From the NCBI GenBank assembly GCA_041746575.1, contig JBGTGT010000011.1:32001-96000 (forward strand): 64,000 nt of DNA, given 5' to 3'. A program made the position numbers and the translations under genes. The DNA comes from Microcystaceae cyanobacterium (GTDB taxonomy: Bacteria; Cyanobacteriota; Cyanobacteriia; Cyanobacteriales; Microcystaceae). Below, piece by piece: positions 47,548 to 57,960 of the stretch; within the stretch, counting starts at the first letter, position 1, and every line of letters starts with the position of its first letter. The notes under the pieces were generated by a model, which had not been told where the DNA came from, made no database searches, and saw nothing but the letters and a program-made list of their open reading frames with translations.

Positions 47548-47960
47548 CACTTTTGTTGGGGTAACGTTTGTCATCCCCATTATTGCTTTGCTCGAAAATG
47601 GGCGCAGTTCGATAAGCGGTGGCAGTTTTAACCCGATTTTAAAATGCGATTTCTCGACGTTCTGCAGACGTTAAAGGACCTAACGGAAGTTGCATATACT
47701 GCGTAACCTCACTTGGTTAAATGAAGGATTGAAAGTTGATTAAATTAATACTCCAATCTCTATCCGTAAAATTTCTGATCAGAAACGGGGAAATTTTTCA
47801 AACCTTAAATACAATACTTTTTTACTAGAAAAATGAGATTTGTTGACAAAATTTAATATCTAATTCGTAATGAATTGTCACAAAACGTCACAGGGGCTGA
47901 AATTGAACACAACTCAGGATAAACTACTTTAAGATATTTTTAGAATCAAATTGCCATCCC

Positions 47961-48446
47961 ATGAGCGTAGTTAGTCAAGTCATTCTCAAAGCCGACGATG
48001 AACTTCGTTACCCCAGTAGCGGAGAGCTTCAAGGGATTCAAGCCTTTTTAAAAACAGGAGCGCAAAGAATCCGCATCGTAGAGACGTTAACCGAAAACGA
48101 GAAAAAAATCGTTGATCAAGCCCAAAAACAACTATTTAAGAAACGCCCTGATTTTAGAGCGCCAGGGGGAAATGCTTACGGTCAACGCCAGTATAATCAA
48201 TGTTTACGGGATTATAGTTGGTATTTGCGCCTAGTGACCTATGGGGTTCTCGAAGGAGATAAGGAATCCCTGGAAAAGATCGGATTAGTCGGGGCTAAAG
48301 AGATGTATAACTCTCTCAGTGTCCCCCTGCCTGGAATGGTGGAGGCTATTCGTTCTCTGAAAGATGCCGCCCTTGGATTACTCAGTAATGAGGATGCGGC
48401 TGAAGCCGGTCCTTATTTTGACTTCATCATTCAAACCATGTCCTAA
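47961..48446 (+). CDS. apcD: Allophycocyanin-B alpha subunit
   Basis: [48 protein letters not shown]. Confidence 0.97.
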   Translation: MSVVSQVILKADDELRYPSSGELQGIQAFLKTGAQRIRIVETLTENEKKIVDQAQKQLFKKRPDFRAPGGNAYGQRQYNQCLRDYSWYLRLVTYGVLEGDKESLEKIGLVGAKEMYNSLSVPLPGMVEAIRSLKDAALGLLSNEDAAEAGPYFDFIIQTMS

Positions 48447-48497
48447 AACACTGATTTGGGGTACGATATTCGCTATCTGTACCCTTTTTTTGTCGGT

Positions 48498-49022
48498 ATG
48501 ACATGGTTTAAGAAAAATATCACTTTTTTATCTTGCCTCCTGTTAGTGATGACTTACGGGGCGTTTGGTTGGCTGGTGGAAGAAAATAACCCCTTGTTTC
48601 AAGGCATCATTTTAGAACAAGGCAGACGGTGGCAATGGCATCAGATTTTACACTGGATTCATTTAACGGAAGAAGCCGCAACCATAGGGTTAGTTTATAT
48701 TTTAGCGGCTATTAATATTTTGGCAATTGTAATGGGACTGATCGCCCCAGTTACCTTAATTACCATTGCGTTTGGCAGTAGTTTTCAGTCGGATGCGGGT
48801 TCGATTATCTCTATTTTATTATGGTCTTTTGCGGTTGTTTTTTTAATACGTTGGGTAGGTTATTTCGCTCAGTTACTTTTGCTAGTGTGTGCGGCAATTT
48901 TAGTAAAATTAGACTTACAGGATAATGGTTATTCTAACTGGCAAGTGAGTAGCGCGATTGCCCTTTTATCTTTTCTAGGCTTTATACTGGGGATAGTGGG
49001 TCACAAAATAGGGCTGACTTAA
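48498..49022 (+). CDS. Hypothetical membrane protein
   Basis: Several hydrophobic segments. Start uncertain (TTG 48456 or ATG 48498). Confidence 0.7.
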   Translation: MTWFKKNITFLSCLLLVMTYGAFGWLVEENNPLFQGIILEQGRRWQWHQILHWIHLTEEAATIGLVYILAAINILAIVMGLIAPVTLITIAFGSSFQSDAGSIISILLWSFAVVFLIRWVGYFAQLLLLVCAAILVKLDLQDNGYSNWQVSSAIALLSFLGFILGIVGHKIGLT

Positions 49023-49040
49023 AGATTATTTATCATTATC

Positions 49041-49607
49041 ATGTCTGAACAAAAGTCTCGCAAAAACCTCCAAAAAATCATTATTATTGCCTCTGCTTTA
49101 GCTTTGTTGGGCGTTAGTATTATCCCTTTTTTAGGTCAATTAACGGGGCAATCAGAGCCTAATCCCCCTGATTCTGCTGTTGACAATAACAATCTATCTC
49201 CTTCAGAAAACGAATTATTACAATCTCAGGAAAAGGGCTACGAAGCGGTTTTAAAAAGAGAGCCTAACAATCAGTCGGCTTTGCAAGGATTGGTTCAAGC
49301 CAGAGTGCAAATGAATCATTTTCATAGCGCAAAAGAACCGATGGAGACGTTATTAAAACTAGATCCCGAAAATCCCGGTTATTTACAGGCTTTAGCTCAA
49401 ATAAATCTAAAAAATAACGATATTGAAGGCGCACTTTCTCCTCTTGAAAAGTTAGCTAAAATTTATCCCGAAAATAAGGAAATTACAACGATTATCGATA
49501 CCCTCAAAAAAGCACAAAAAGGCGAATTTCCGAGCGCACAACCTCCCTCCTCAACCTCACCAGCGACGCCCAATCCTGCCATTCCCCTTCCCCCTCCTCA
49601 ACCCTAG
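49041..49607 (+). CDS. Membrane-anchored TPR protein
   Basis: N-terminal TM, TPR repeats (REPNNQSALQGL, LDPENPGY), Pro-rich tail. Confidence 0.85.
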   Translation: MSEQKSRKNLQKIIIIASALALLGVSIIPFLGQLTGQSEPNPPDSAVDNNNLSPSENELLQSQEKGYEAVLKREPNNQSALQGLVQARVQMNHFHSAKEPMETLLKLDPENPGYLQALAQINLKNNDIEGALSPLEKLAKIYPENKEITTIIDTLKKAQKGEFPSAQPPSSTSPATPNPAIPLPPPQP

Positions 49608-49647
49608 TCAGCAAACCCTGATTCATCACTCGTCACTCATCATTCAA

Positions 49648-50475
49648 ATGTTAATTCAATGGTATCCCGGGCATATCGCCAAGGCAGAAAAAGAATTAAA
49701 AGAGCAGTTAAAACGGGTAGATGTCGTTTTAGAAGTCTTAGATGCTCGTATTCCGGTTACTTCTCACCATCCTCGAATGATGGACTGGATTGGGGAAAAA
49801 CCCCGTATTATCGTCTTGAATCGAGTAGATATGATTCCTGACTCGGTTTTACAGAATTGGTTAATGTGGTTCAAGTCTCAAGGAGAACACGCTTATTGTA
49901 CAAATGCTAAGCAGGGAGATGGCGTTAAATCCGTCTTAAAGGCGGCTCAAAATCTGGGAAAAAGCTTAAATCAGCGCAGAATTGACCGAGGAATGCGGAT
50001 TCGTCCGGTGCGAGCAGTTGTGGTCGGTTTTCCCAATGTAGGGAAATCAGCGTTAATTAACCGTTTGTTAGGCAAAAAGGCGGTAGAAAGTGCAAGACGG
50101 GCAGGAGTCACTCGTCAGTTACGCTGGGTACGCATCTCTGATGAAATTGAACTATTGGATGCCCCCGGTATTATTCCTGCAAGGTTAGATAATCAAGAAG
50201 ATGGGGTGAAACTGGCAATTTGTGAGGATATTGGAGAAGCAGGCTATGATAACCAACGAATTGCGGCGATGATGGTTGATTTACTGACAGATTTGGGCTT
50301 TAGTGACGTTTTGCAACGACGTTATGCTTTAGATCCTCTTTCAATGACAGGAGAAAGCTATATTGAGGAATTCGCTAATCTTCGCTATAAACAGGATAAA
50401 GAAAGGGCATCGGTGCAATTATTAAATGATTTTCGTAAAGGATTCTTAGGTAAAATTCCCCTTGAATTTCCCTGA
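49648..50475 (+). CDS. rbgA: Ribosome biogenesis GTPase YlqF/RbgA
   Basis: IQWYPGH, DARIP, GFPNVGKS, GVTR, LLDAPG. Confidence 0.96.
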   Translation: MLIQWYPGHIAKAEKELKEQLKRVDVVLEVLDARIPVTSHHPRMMDWIGEKPRIIVLNRVDMIPDSVLQNWLMWFKSQGEHAYCTNAKQGDGVKSVLKAAQNLGKSLNQRRIDRGMRIRPVRAVVVGFPNVGKSALINRLLGKKAVESARRAGVTRQLRWVRISDEIELLDAPGIIPARLDNQEDGVKLAICEDIGEAGYDNQRIAAMMVDLLTDLGFSDVLQRRYALDPLSMTGESYIEEFANLRYKQDKERASVQLLNDFRKGFLGKIPLEFP

Positions 50476-50527
50476 AGAAAAATGACTTCTATAATGAGTG
50501 AATAGAGAATCACCCTCAATCTGTCCT

Positions 50528-51641
50528 ATGGAAACATCCGAATTAAAAAGAGAAATCGAGTCTGTTAATTTACACCTGAGTTCTGCTCAGGACTATCTTT
50601 GACTTACCCGTTTTAAACGCAAAAATTCACGATTTAGAACAATTGGCTTCCCAAACTGAATTTTGGGATGATGCCACCCAAGCCCAACAGACGCTACAAG
50701 AATTGAATCAATGTAAGTCCACTTTGGAGCAGTATCATCAATGGCAGCGTAAGCTAGAGGATACCAAAGCCATCCTCGAATTATTGGAATTAGACGATGA
50801 CACAGCCTTATTAGAAGAAGCAACAACAAACTTAATTCAAATTAACCGAGAGTTAGAGCGGTGGGAACTTCAACAGTTATTATCAGGCATATACGACACA
50901 AAAGGGGCAATTTTAACGATCAATGCAGGGGCAGGGGGAACAGATGCCCAAGATTGGGCGGAAATGTTGTTACGAATGTATCGTCGTTGGGGAGAACAAC
51001 AGGGGTTCAAAGTGACGTTAACGGATGTTTCAGAGGGAGATGAAGCAGGGATTAAGTCGGCAACCCTCGAAATGGAAGGACGTTACGCTTATGGCTATCT
51101 TAAAGGAGAAAAAGGCACCCATCGACTGGTGAGAATTTCCCCCTTTAATGCTAACGGTAAGCGACAAACTAGTTTTGCGGGTATAGAGGTAATGCCGAAT
51201 TTGGAAGAAGAAGCTATCAATTTGGATATTCCCGAAAAAGACCTCGAAATTAGTACCTCTCGTTCAGGTGGCAAAGGCGGACAAAACGTCAATAAGGTAG
51301 AAACCGCCGTTCGTATTGTTCATTTACCGACAGGACTAGCTGTTCGATGCACTCAGGAGCGATCGCAATTACAAAATAAGGAGAAAGCCTTAGCAATTTT
51401 AAAAGCGAAGCTATTAATTGTCTTAGAAGAACAACGAGCGCAGGAAATTGCTGAAATTCGTGGTGATATGGTAGAAGCTGCTTGGGGTAATCAAATTCGG
51501 AACTATGTTTTCCATCCCTATCAAATGGTTAAAGACTTGCGGACTCAAGTGGAAACCACCGATATTACAGGAGTGATGGATGGAGATCTAGACAACTTTA
51601 TTGAAGCGTATCTAAAACAGATAAGTAAAGAGGAGAGTTAA
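50528..51641 (+). CDS. prfB: Peptide chain release factor 2 with programmed +1 frameshift
   Basis: ATG 50528 gives METSELKRE...QDYL, then CTT TGA C at 50597-50603. The +1 frame continues into the ORF with SPF and GGQ motifs. Confidence 0.96.
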
Positions 51642-51874
51642 TCAAGATCCCCTCTTCAAAAAAAGGATATTCGCGTTTGTCCTCGATAGGGTTAGAACGC
51701 TAATGCTTACAGGATAAGCATTGTGGGTTTCTCGTTTTCTAAAATGGGGATTCGAGCAAAATTTTTCTTGATTTTTTGCAACAAACTGTTACATTAAGAT
51801 AGCAGTTATCTCTGATATCCCCTCTGTCGGATCAGGGAAAACTAACACCAATAAGATGGAAGGGACAATTTCCC

Positions 51875-52060
51875 ATGACTCAATCCTCTACACCCACCGA
51901 ATCCCCTGAAGTAGCAGACGTTACGACGCCTCAACCGAGTTACGTCAAGCTGGCCATGAGAAACATGGTACAAAAAAAAGGAACCTCTATTAAGCACTAT
52001 CTATTAACCGTTATGGGTTTACTAGGCGCATTAATCGGTTTATCTTATCTCACTCGTTAG
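51875..52060 (+). CDS. DUF3285 family small membrane protein
   Basis: PSYVKLAMRNMV.K..S..H..LT..GLLG...YLTR, between prfB and ybeY. Confidence 0.85.
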   Translation: MTQSSTPTESPEVADVTTPQPSYVKLAMRNMVQKKGTSIKHYLLTVMGLLGALIGLSYLTR

Positions 52061-52071
52061 GACAGAAAACC

Positions 52072-52584
52072 ATGTCATCTGTGATTACTTTTGTAAAAAC
52101 CATTGAGGTCAATCTTCAAGGTCAAAGTGACGCATTGTCCTTAATAAAAGAAGATGATTGGCAAAACTGGTTTCAAATTTGGTTAAACCACACTTTGACT
52201 AAGACTTTTGTCCCTGAAGCAACTGGTTATGAACTCAGTCTTCGCCTAACAGATGATCAAGAGATTCAATCTTTTAACGATCAATATCGCCAGAAAGATC
52301 AACCAACCGATGTCCTTGCGTTTGCCGCCTTAGAAGTGGAAACACCCACCCTTGAAGGCTTAGATTCCCTCTATCTAGGAGATATTGTTATTTCCCTAGA
52401 GACGGCACAACAGCAGGCAACAGCACAAGGTCATTCCTTAGAAACTGAGGTCATTTGGTTAGCATCCCACGGATTTCTTCATTTGTTGGGATGGGATCAT
52501 CCCGATCAAAAACACCTAGAAGAGATGCTATTCCATCAGGAAGATTTATTAAATTTAATAGGCATTTCCTTGCTCTTGCGTTAA
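52072..52584 (+). CDS. ybeY: rRNA maturation endoribonuclease YbeY
   Basis: YRQKDQPTDVLAF, LGDIVIS, HGFLHLLGWDH. Confidence 0.96.
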   Translation: MSSVITFVKTIEVNLQGQSDALSLIKEDDWQNWFQIWLNHTLTKTFVPEATGYELSLRLTDDQEIQSFNDQYRQKDQPTDVLAFAALEVETPTLEGLDSLYLGDIVISLETAQQQATAQGHSLETEVIWLASHGFLHLLGWDHPDQKHLEEMLFHQEDLLNLIGISLLLR

Positions 52585-52655
52585 ACTACTGTTCAAAAAG
52601 AACAATTCCTTTTTAAAGAAACGGCCATTATTAATTCGGAACAAATTCACATCCT

Positions 52656-53168
52656 ATGAAATCTCCATTACTTATGACTCAATCTTCTAATTTCTCCACC
52701 ACAGCCTTTGTCACTGCCCTCCCTGCTACCCGCAGTCGCAAAATGTTCAAAAAAGCCTTGCCAACCTCAGAGTCTGCGCTCAAACGTCACAATGCGTGGC
52801 AGGTTGCCCCCAATTTGATAACCAGTTTTCGTTATGCTTGGGCAGGGGTACAATATGCTTTTCTGACACAACGTAATTTCCGTATTCATACCATGATGGC
52901 TTGTGTTGCCCTTTCTTTAGCCATTTATGTCCGTGTAGAAGCCGTGGCAGTCGCTATTATTTGTCTCACCAGTGCCTTAGTAATGGTCTTAGAATTATTG
53001 AATACCGCCTTAGAATCGGTGGTCGATTTAACGGTTGGACAAACCTATCATGAGTTAGCGAAGATTGCCAAGGATTGCGCCGCCGGAGCCGTCTTGATTT
53101 CAGCGATAGCCGCCCTTATTGTGGCAAGTTTTATCTTAATTCCTGCTGTTTTGGCTTTATTCGCTTAA
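52656..53168 (+). CDS. dgkA: Diacylglycerol kinase (DgkA family)
   Basis: QRNFRIH, ELLNTALESVVDL, AKDCAAGAV. Confidence 0.93.
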   Translation: MKSPLLMTQSSNFSTTAFVTALPATRSRKMFKKALPTSESALKRHNAWQVAPNLITSFRYAWAGVQYAFLTQRNFRIHTMMACVALSLAIYVRVEAVAVAIICLTSALVMVLELLNTALESVVDLTVGQTYHELAKIAKDCAAGAVLISAIAALIVASFILIPAVLALFA

Positions 53169-53226
53169 TTTTTTGATTAGATTTCTCGCGCAATTTTTCT
53201 GCTATTGCGTGACTTAGGCCGGAAGC

Positions 53227-54273
53227 CTATGGGGAAGGATTGAGAAGCATTTGATGAAATTGTTGACGATGATCACCGTCTAAGAAGATTTGTTGTAAGG
53301 TTTGCCATTTTTGCCATTTTTTGCCCCGAATATCTGACAGTTTAGCCATAAAAGTTGGCATTTTTCGAGAAAGATTTATCTCTAAAGCCTGAAAGAGGAA
53401 TTCACCGAGAACAAAGCTATCTTGAATCTCACCCAATACGGCTTGAATATCCTTAATCTCATCGAGATACTTTTGATACGTTTCAGGATAAAATTGCGTA
53501 AATAATTCCATATTATAACGGACTCGTTTTGCTTCCTTGCGTAGATCGTGCAGGATCATTCCTTGGGTATTTAACAGTGTTTCTACATCTCTTTGCGTTA
53601 AGGGTTCGGGATGGGAAAAATTGATCCTTCCGTCTTCAATTGTTACCCCTAATAACCAAGCTGGATGAAGTAGTAAATGACTAATTTGAGGTAAGAGTAA
53701 ATCGGGCAAGATAATTGGAATATCTAAGTCAGCAATCGACGTAAAAGCTGGACAATCTAGCCAATTTTCAAATCCTTTTTTGAGATGTTCATAGGGATAA
53801 TCGGTTAGAATCGCCTTGACTTTCTTAGATGTTTTTTTGCGTTGTTTTTTGAGAGCAACTAGCGCGTTTTTCAATAAACTTTGTTCTTCTGTCGGAAGAA
53901 AAGGATAATATTGATTTTCGAGGGTTTCTTTCAGTACATCTAAATCTCTTAATTCTCCTAAGACTCTAGCTACTTTACCAACAGTTTTTTCTTTAGCATT
54001 TTTCGGCAATTTTAAGGCAGGATGAAATCCTTGAATCGCACTTCTCAAGCGACGCATTCCAACTCGCATTTGATGGAGTTCCTCAGGATTTTTGTCTTGC
54101 AAAACTTTAGTTTCATGTTTGCCAATTTTTTGATAATGCTTAGCGATGGCAATATAAGACCAATCTCCCAATGTTTTGGCCGCTTCGGCTGTATAACTAG
54201 CCATCTTTCTATCCTCTGCTTGATTTCTTGTGGCGTTGATTAAAATTATCTGTGGTTGGTTGATCACGGGCAT
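53227..54273 (-). CDS. CHAD domain protein (polyphosphate-binding family)
   Basis: LHQMRVGMRRLRS, LGELRDLDV, LHDLRKEAKRVRY, LGEIQD. Alternative ATG at 54204. Confidence 0.9.
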   Translation of the reverse strand: MPVINQPQIILINATRNQAEDRKMASYTAEAAKTLGDWSYIAIAKHYQKIGKHETKVLQDKNPEELHQMRVGMRRLRSAIQGFHPALKLPKNAKEKTVGKVARVLGELRDLDVLKETLENQYYPFLPTEEQSLLKNALVALKKQRKKTSKKVKAILTDYPYEHLKKGFENWLDCPAFTSIADLDIPIILPDLLLPQISHLLLHPAWLLGVTIEDGRINFSHPEPLTQRDVETLLNTQGMILHDLRKEAKRVRYNMELFTQFYPETYQKYLDEIKDIQAVLGEIQDSFVLGEFLFQALEINLSRKMPTFMAKLSDIRGKKWQKWQTLQQIFLDGDHRQQFHQMLLNPSP

Positions 54274-54430
54274 CTTGAATAGCAGTTACTGTTAATCTAA
54301 TCTTAACCGATTTTTTGAGAAAGTTAAGAGAATGTTAATTATTTATCTTCAGAAATTCTTCAATCTTATTTTCTGAAAACCGTTGCATAATTCAGGTAGA
54401 AACCAGAGGAATCCAAAGGATTGTAAATTC

Positions 54431-55423
54431 ATGTCTCAAGAAACAACCCAGTGGAGTCAAGCGGCTACCAGTATGATCGAAAATTGGTTAGATAGCAGTA
54501 ATCAAATTTGGAAGAATTGGTTTGAATTAATGGGTAACGTCCCATCTATCAACCAAAAAGATAGTTTGACGACTCCTTTTACTGAATTAAGCCAACGTTA
54601 TGTTGATAATCAACAGTTATTGTTGGGCTTTTTGCAATTGTCTTTCAAAGCATGGCAAGATATTTTTCCTCAAGTGAAAGCTGGTGAAAGTTGGCAAGAT
54701 ACCCTAATCCACTATAGCCAAAAAATGCAAAAGCAATTAGAGGAATTTTCGCAAAATACGCTAAAAACGGCTGAAGATAGACAAAAACTTTGGGGATTAT
54801 ACCTCAAAGAAGTACAACAAATCAATCAACTTTGGACAGCGTCTTTGGGGGCATTTTTTCAACCGATGAGTGGTGCGATCGCCGGAACAAGTGAACCTTG
54901 GGTTGAACTTAATAACCTCTATTGGAAACTTTTTTACGACGAATCTTTCAGTAAATACTGGCAAATGCCCTTAACTGGCCCCACACGGGAATTTAGCGGC
55001 AAATTACTCAAAGGGTTTGATGCTTGGGCAAATCTTTACCATGCGAGTCAAAATTATCAATTGCTGTTGGCTGATATTCAAGTGCATTCCTTTGAAGCCT
55101 TAATGAAGAAATTAGTGGCAATGGCAGAAAAAGGCGAAATTATTACGGATTGGCAGGATTTTCAACGCGTTTGGACATCAGTAGCCGACGCAGAATTTGA
55201 AAAAGCCTTTTGTCAAGAGAAAAATCTGAAAGTTCGGGGGCAATTTCTTAATGCTTTGAACCAATACCGCATCCAACAGCAAGATTTGCAGGAAATTTGG
55301 ATGAAAACGGTGAATATTCCCTCTCGTCGGGAAGTGGATGAAATGCACAAAACTATCTACGAACTGCGAAAAGAGGTCAAAAGCTTGAAAAAAATGCTTT
55401 CTAACCCAAGCCATGAAGATTAA
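54431..55423 (+). CDS. phaE: Class III PHA synthase subunit PhaE
   Basis: P..GPTRE, W...AD..F, PSRREVDEMHKTIYELRKEVK; directly upstream of phaC. Confidence 0.92.
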   Translation: MSQETTQWSQAATSMIENWLDSSNQIWKNWFELMGNVPSINQKDSLTTPFTELSQRYVDNQQLLLGFLQLSFKAWQDIFPQVKAGESWQDTLIHYSQKMQKQLEEFSQNTLKTAEDRQKLWGLYLKEVQQINQLWTASLGAFFQPMSGAIAGTSEPWVELNNLYWKLFYDESFSKYWQMPLTGPTREFSGKLLKGFDAWANLYHASQNYQLLLADIQVHSFEALMKKLVAMAEKGEIITDWQDFQRVWTSVADAEFEKAFCQEKNLKVRGQFLNALNQYRIQQQDLQEIWMKTVNIPSRREVDEMHKTIYELRKEVKSLKKMLSNPSHED

Positions 55424-55452
55424 TCCCTTTCGTTCTCTACAGGAAAAAAATT

Positions 55453-56544
55453 ATGTTACCTTTTCTCACTCAGATGCGTCTCGAAGATCCGACGGCTGAT
55501 TATGTCGAATTGACGGCAAAAATGCTTAAAGGAATGGAAAATTTGTCTCAGTTACGGGAAGAGGACATCAATATTGGTATTACACCCAAGGAGGTGGTTT
55601 ACCAAGAAGATAAAGTTATTCTCTATCGTTATCAATCGGATGTCGAAAAAAGCGTGTCTATTCCCCTATTAATGGTCTATGCGCTAGTCAATCGCCCTTT
55701 TATGGTAGATTTACAGGAAGGCCGTTCTTTGGTAGCGAATTTACTTAAATTAGGCATTGATATCTATCTAATCGATTGGGGCTATCCGACAAGGGGCGAT
55801 CGCTGGCTAACCTTAGATGATTATATCAATGGTTATGTCAATAATTGTGTGGATTTTATCCGAAAGCAGCATAATTTAGACAAAATTAATCTGTTAGGCA
55901 TTTGTCAAGGCGGGACATTCAGTGCTTGTTATGCTTCTATTTACCCCGGAAAAGTGAAAAATTTGATTCTTATGGTCGCGCCGATTGATTTTAATCAACC
56001 AGACTGCTTGTTAAATATGCGGGGAGGCTGTACCTTGGGTTCAGAGGCAGTTGACATTGATTTAATGGTGGATGCCATGGGTAATGTACCGGGAGACTTT
56101 CTCAATTTAGAGTTTTTAATGTTAAAACCGCAAGCACTAGGAGTGCAGAAATACGTAGATTTTCCCTTCGATGATGAAAACAGTTTAATGTTTAATTTGC
56201 GAATGGAGAAATGGATTTTTGATAGTCCCGATCAAACAGGAGAAAGTTATCGTCAATTCCTCAAAGATTTTTATCAAGAAAACAAATTAATCAATGGGGA
56301 AGTCATGATAGGAGAAAAACCTGTTGATTTAAAGAATATTACCATGCCCGTTCTTAATATTTTTGCCGAAAATGATCACCTTGTTCCCCCCGTTTCTTCC
56401 CAAGCCTTGAAACAACATATTAGTAGTAATGATTACACCAACAAAGGCTTTAAAACGGGTCACATTGGGATGTATGTCAGTGGTAAAGTCCAGAAAGATT
56501 TACCGCCAGAGATTGCAAATTGGTTGAGAAGCAGGAATGATTAA
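55453..56544 (+). CDS. phaC: Class III PHA synthase subunit PhaC
   Basis: YALVNRP, IDWGYP, GICQGG catalytic Cys, DHLVPP, GHIG. Confidence 0.96.
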   Translation: MLPFLTQMRLEDPTADYVELTAKMLKGMENLSQLREEDINIGITPKEVVYQEDKVILYRYQSDVEKSVSIPLLMVYALVNRPFMVDLQEGRSLVANLLKLGIDIYLIDWGYPTRGDRWLTLDDYINGYVNNCVDFIRKQHNLDKINLLGICQGGTFSACYASIYPGKVKNLILMVAPIDFNQPDCLLNMRGGCTLGSEAVDIDLMVDAMGNVPGDFLNLEFLMLKPQALGVQKYVDFPFDDENSLMFNLRMEKWIFDSPDQTGESYRQFLKDFYQENKLINGEVMIGEKPVDLKNITMPVLNIFAENDHLVPPVSSQALKQHISSNDYTNKGFKTGHIGMYVSGKVQKDLPPEIANWLRSRND

Positions 56545-56652
56545 TTAATCATTAAAATGGGGGGTGTCGCTTCACCCTCTTTTTTAGGCGGTCATCGCCG
56601 TTTAAATGGTACAATTATTGAGAGTCATTATGAATTTCATTTTAGGTCAATT

Positions 56653-56862
56653 ATGTTTTTAGATGAATTACAGCCGGTTTTCAAAGAACTTCTCCAACAA
56701 CCCATGGCTTTTACGGGAGGATTGGTATCTGGCTTATTGCGTCTTAAATTATCGGAAGATCCCCTTAAAAGTTGGTTACAGCAACAAGGATTAACCCATT
56801 TTACCTATAACGATCCAGATTCAGGCAACGGTAGTGGCCCTCAATCCATTTCTATCGATTAG
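56653..56862 (+). CDS. Small conserved cyanobacterial hypothetical protein
   Basis: MFLDELQP.....QQP.AF.GG.VSG.LRL.L..DP...WL...GPQSISID. ATG at 56653 preferred. Confidence 0.8.
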   Translation: MFLDELQPVFKELLQQPMAFTGGLVSGLLRLKLSEDPLKSWLQQQGLTHFTYNDPDSGNGSGPQSISID

Positions 56863-56871
56863 GGTTTGATA

Positions 56872-56892
56872 GGCGCAAACCTGCGCCCCTAC
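56872..56892 (-). repeat. GTAG-family REP palindrome
   Basis: Minus strand GTAGGGGCGCAGGTTTGCGCC between convergent genes. Confidence 0.7.
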
Positions 56893-56903
56893 ACGAATGA
56901 GAC

Positions 56904-57884
56904 TTAATATAAACTAGCGACATATTTTCCATAGCCATTGAAAGGCATTGTTTCTTTGATTTTCCAAGATAAACTATCTCCTTGACCGATAAATCTTTCG
57001 GTGGCTTGTGACCAACGGGGATGAGGTTTATTGGGGTTAACATTTGCCTCAAAACCATATTCGTTGGGTGCCAAAATATTCCAATACGTGGCGGGTTGTT
57101 TATCTAAAAATTCAATTTTGACAATGGATTTTGCCCCTTTAAATCCATATTTCCAAGGAATTACCATGCGCAAAGGTGCGCCATGTTGTTTTGGCAGGCG
57201 ATGACCATAAATTCCCACTGCAAAAAAAGCTAAATCATTAGCCATTTCCTCAATTCTTAATGCTTCCTGATAAGGCCAAGGCAATTTTCCTAGATGAAAA
57301 CTGGGTCCTGTCGTGATTTTTGGATCATAAAATGAGGTAAAGCGGACAAATTTTGCCTGTGAAGTGGGTTCAACTGCTTTTATTAAGGCTTTCATAGGAA
57401 ACCCCACCCAGGGTAATACCATTGACCATGCTTCTACACAACGAAAACGATAAATTCTTTCTTCGATTGGAAAGGTTTGAATTAAAGTATCTAAATCATA
57501 AGTTTTCGGATATTTAACTAATCCTGCCACCTTAACTTGCCAAGGTTGAGTAGGCAATTTTTGGGCATTCATCCAAATATCTTTTGTGCCACCAAATTCA
57601 TAAAAATTATTATATTGTCCTGCCAATTTTTCAGCAGTAATGGGACGATCTGATACGTTGAAATTGGGATTTTTTCGTAAATTATTAAATTTAGGTAAAT
57701 TGAGCGTTTTTTCTAAGGGAGTTTGCGATACCGTCGTTTGACATCCAGTTAGGGTTAATAAACTTCCGCCAATACTGGCACCCAATAATCCTTTTAAAAA
57801 TTGTCGTCGCTGAAAATAAATAGATTCTGCGGTTACATTATTCTCAGAAATTTGCCAAGGGGGAGCAATACGAATTAAAGTCAT
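56904..57884 (-). CDS. msrP: Protein-methionine-sulfoxide reductase catalytic subunit MsrP
   Basis: Tat RRQFLK, YNNFYEFG, RFRCVEAWSM, GAPLRMVIPWKYGFKGAKSI, HPRWSQATER. Confidence 0.96.
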   Translation of the reverse strand: MTLIRIAPPWQISENNVTAESIYFQRRQFLKGLLGASIGGSLLTLTGCQTTVSQTPLEKTLNLPKFNNLRKNPNFNVSDRPITAEKLAGQYNNFYEFGGTKDIWMNAQKLPTQPWQVKVAGLVKYPKTYDLDTLIQTFPIEERIYRFRCVEAWSMVLPWVGFPMKALIKAVEPTSQAKFVRFTSFYDPKITTGPSFHLGKLPWPYQEALRIEEMANDLAFFAVGIYGHRLPKQHGAPLRMVIPWKYGFKGAKSIVKIEFLDKQPATYWNILAPNEYGFEANVNPNKPHPRWSQATERFIGQGDSLSWKIKETMPFNGYGKYVASLY

Positions 57885-57960
57885 GGTATTTGAGAAAACG
57901 AAATGTTATTTTTATGATTATAGCAATTCTTCTACCGAAAGAAAACAAGAAACCGATAAT

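Larger units (their letters stand above)
44733..47695 (-). pseudogene. Vanadium-dependent haloperoxidase pseudogene interrupted by an IS200/IS605 element
   Basis: N-terminus MQLPLGPL...NGDDKRYPNK (47695-47545) resumes as KGLP/HQDNGEVD below 46144. Vanadate motifs KWYVHRRLRPE, HPAYGAGHA, RNIAGVHWRSD. Three in-frame stops and two frameshifts. Confidence 0.92.

Noticed and set aside
51780..51874. Riboswitch in the DUF3285 leader
   Set aside because: Some pairing potential, but no match to a riboswitch consensus I can recognise. An Rfam scan would settle it.
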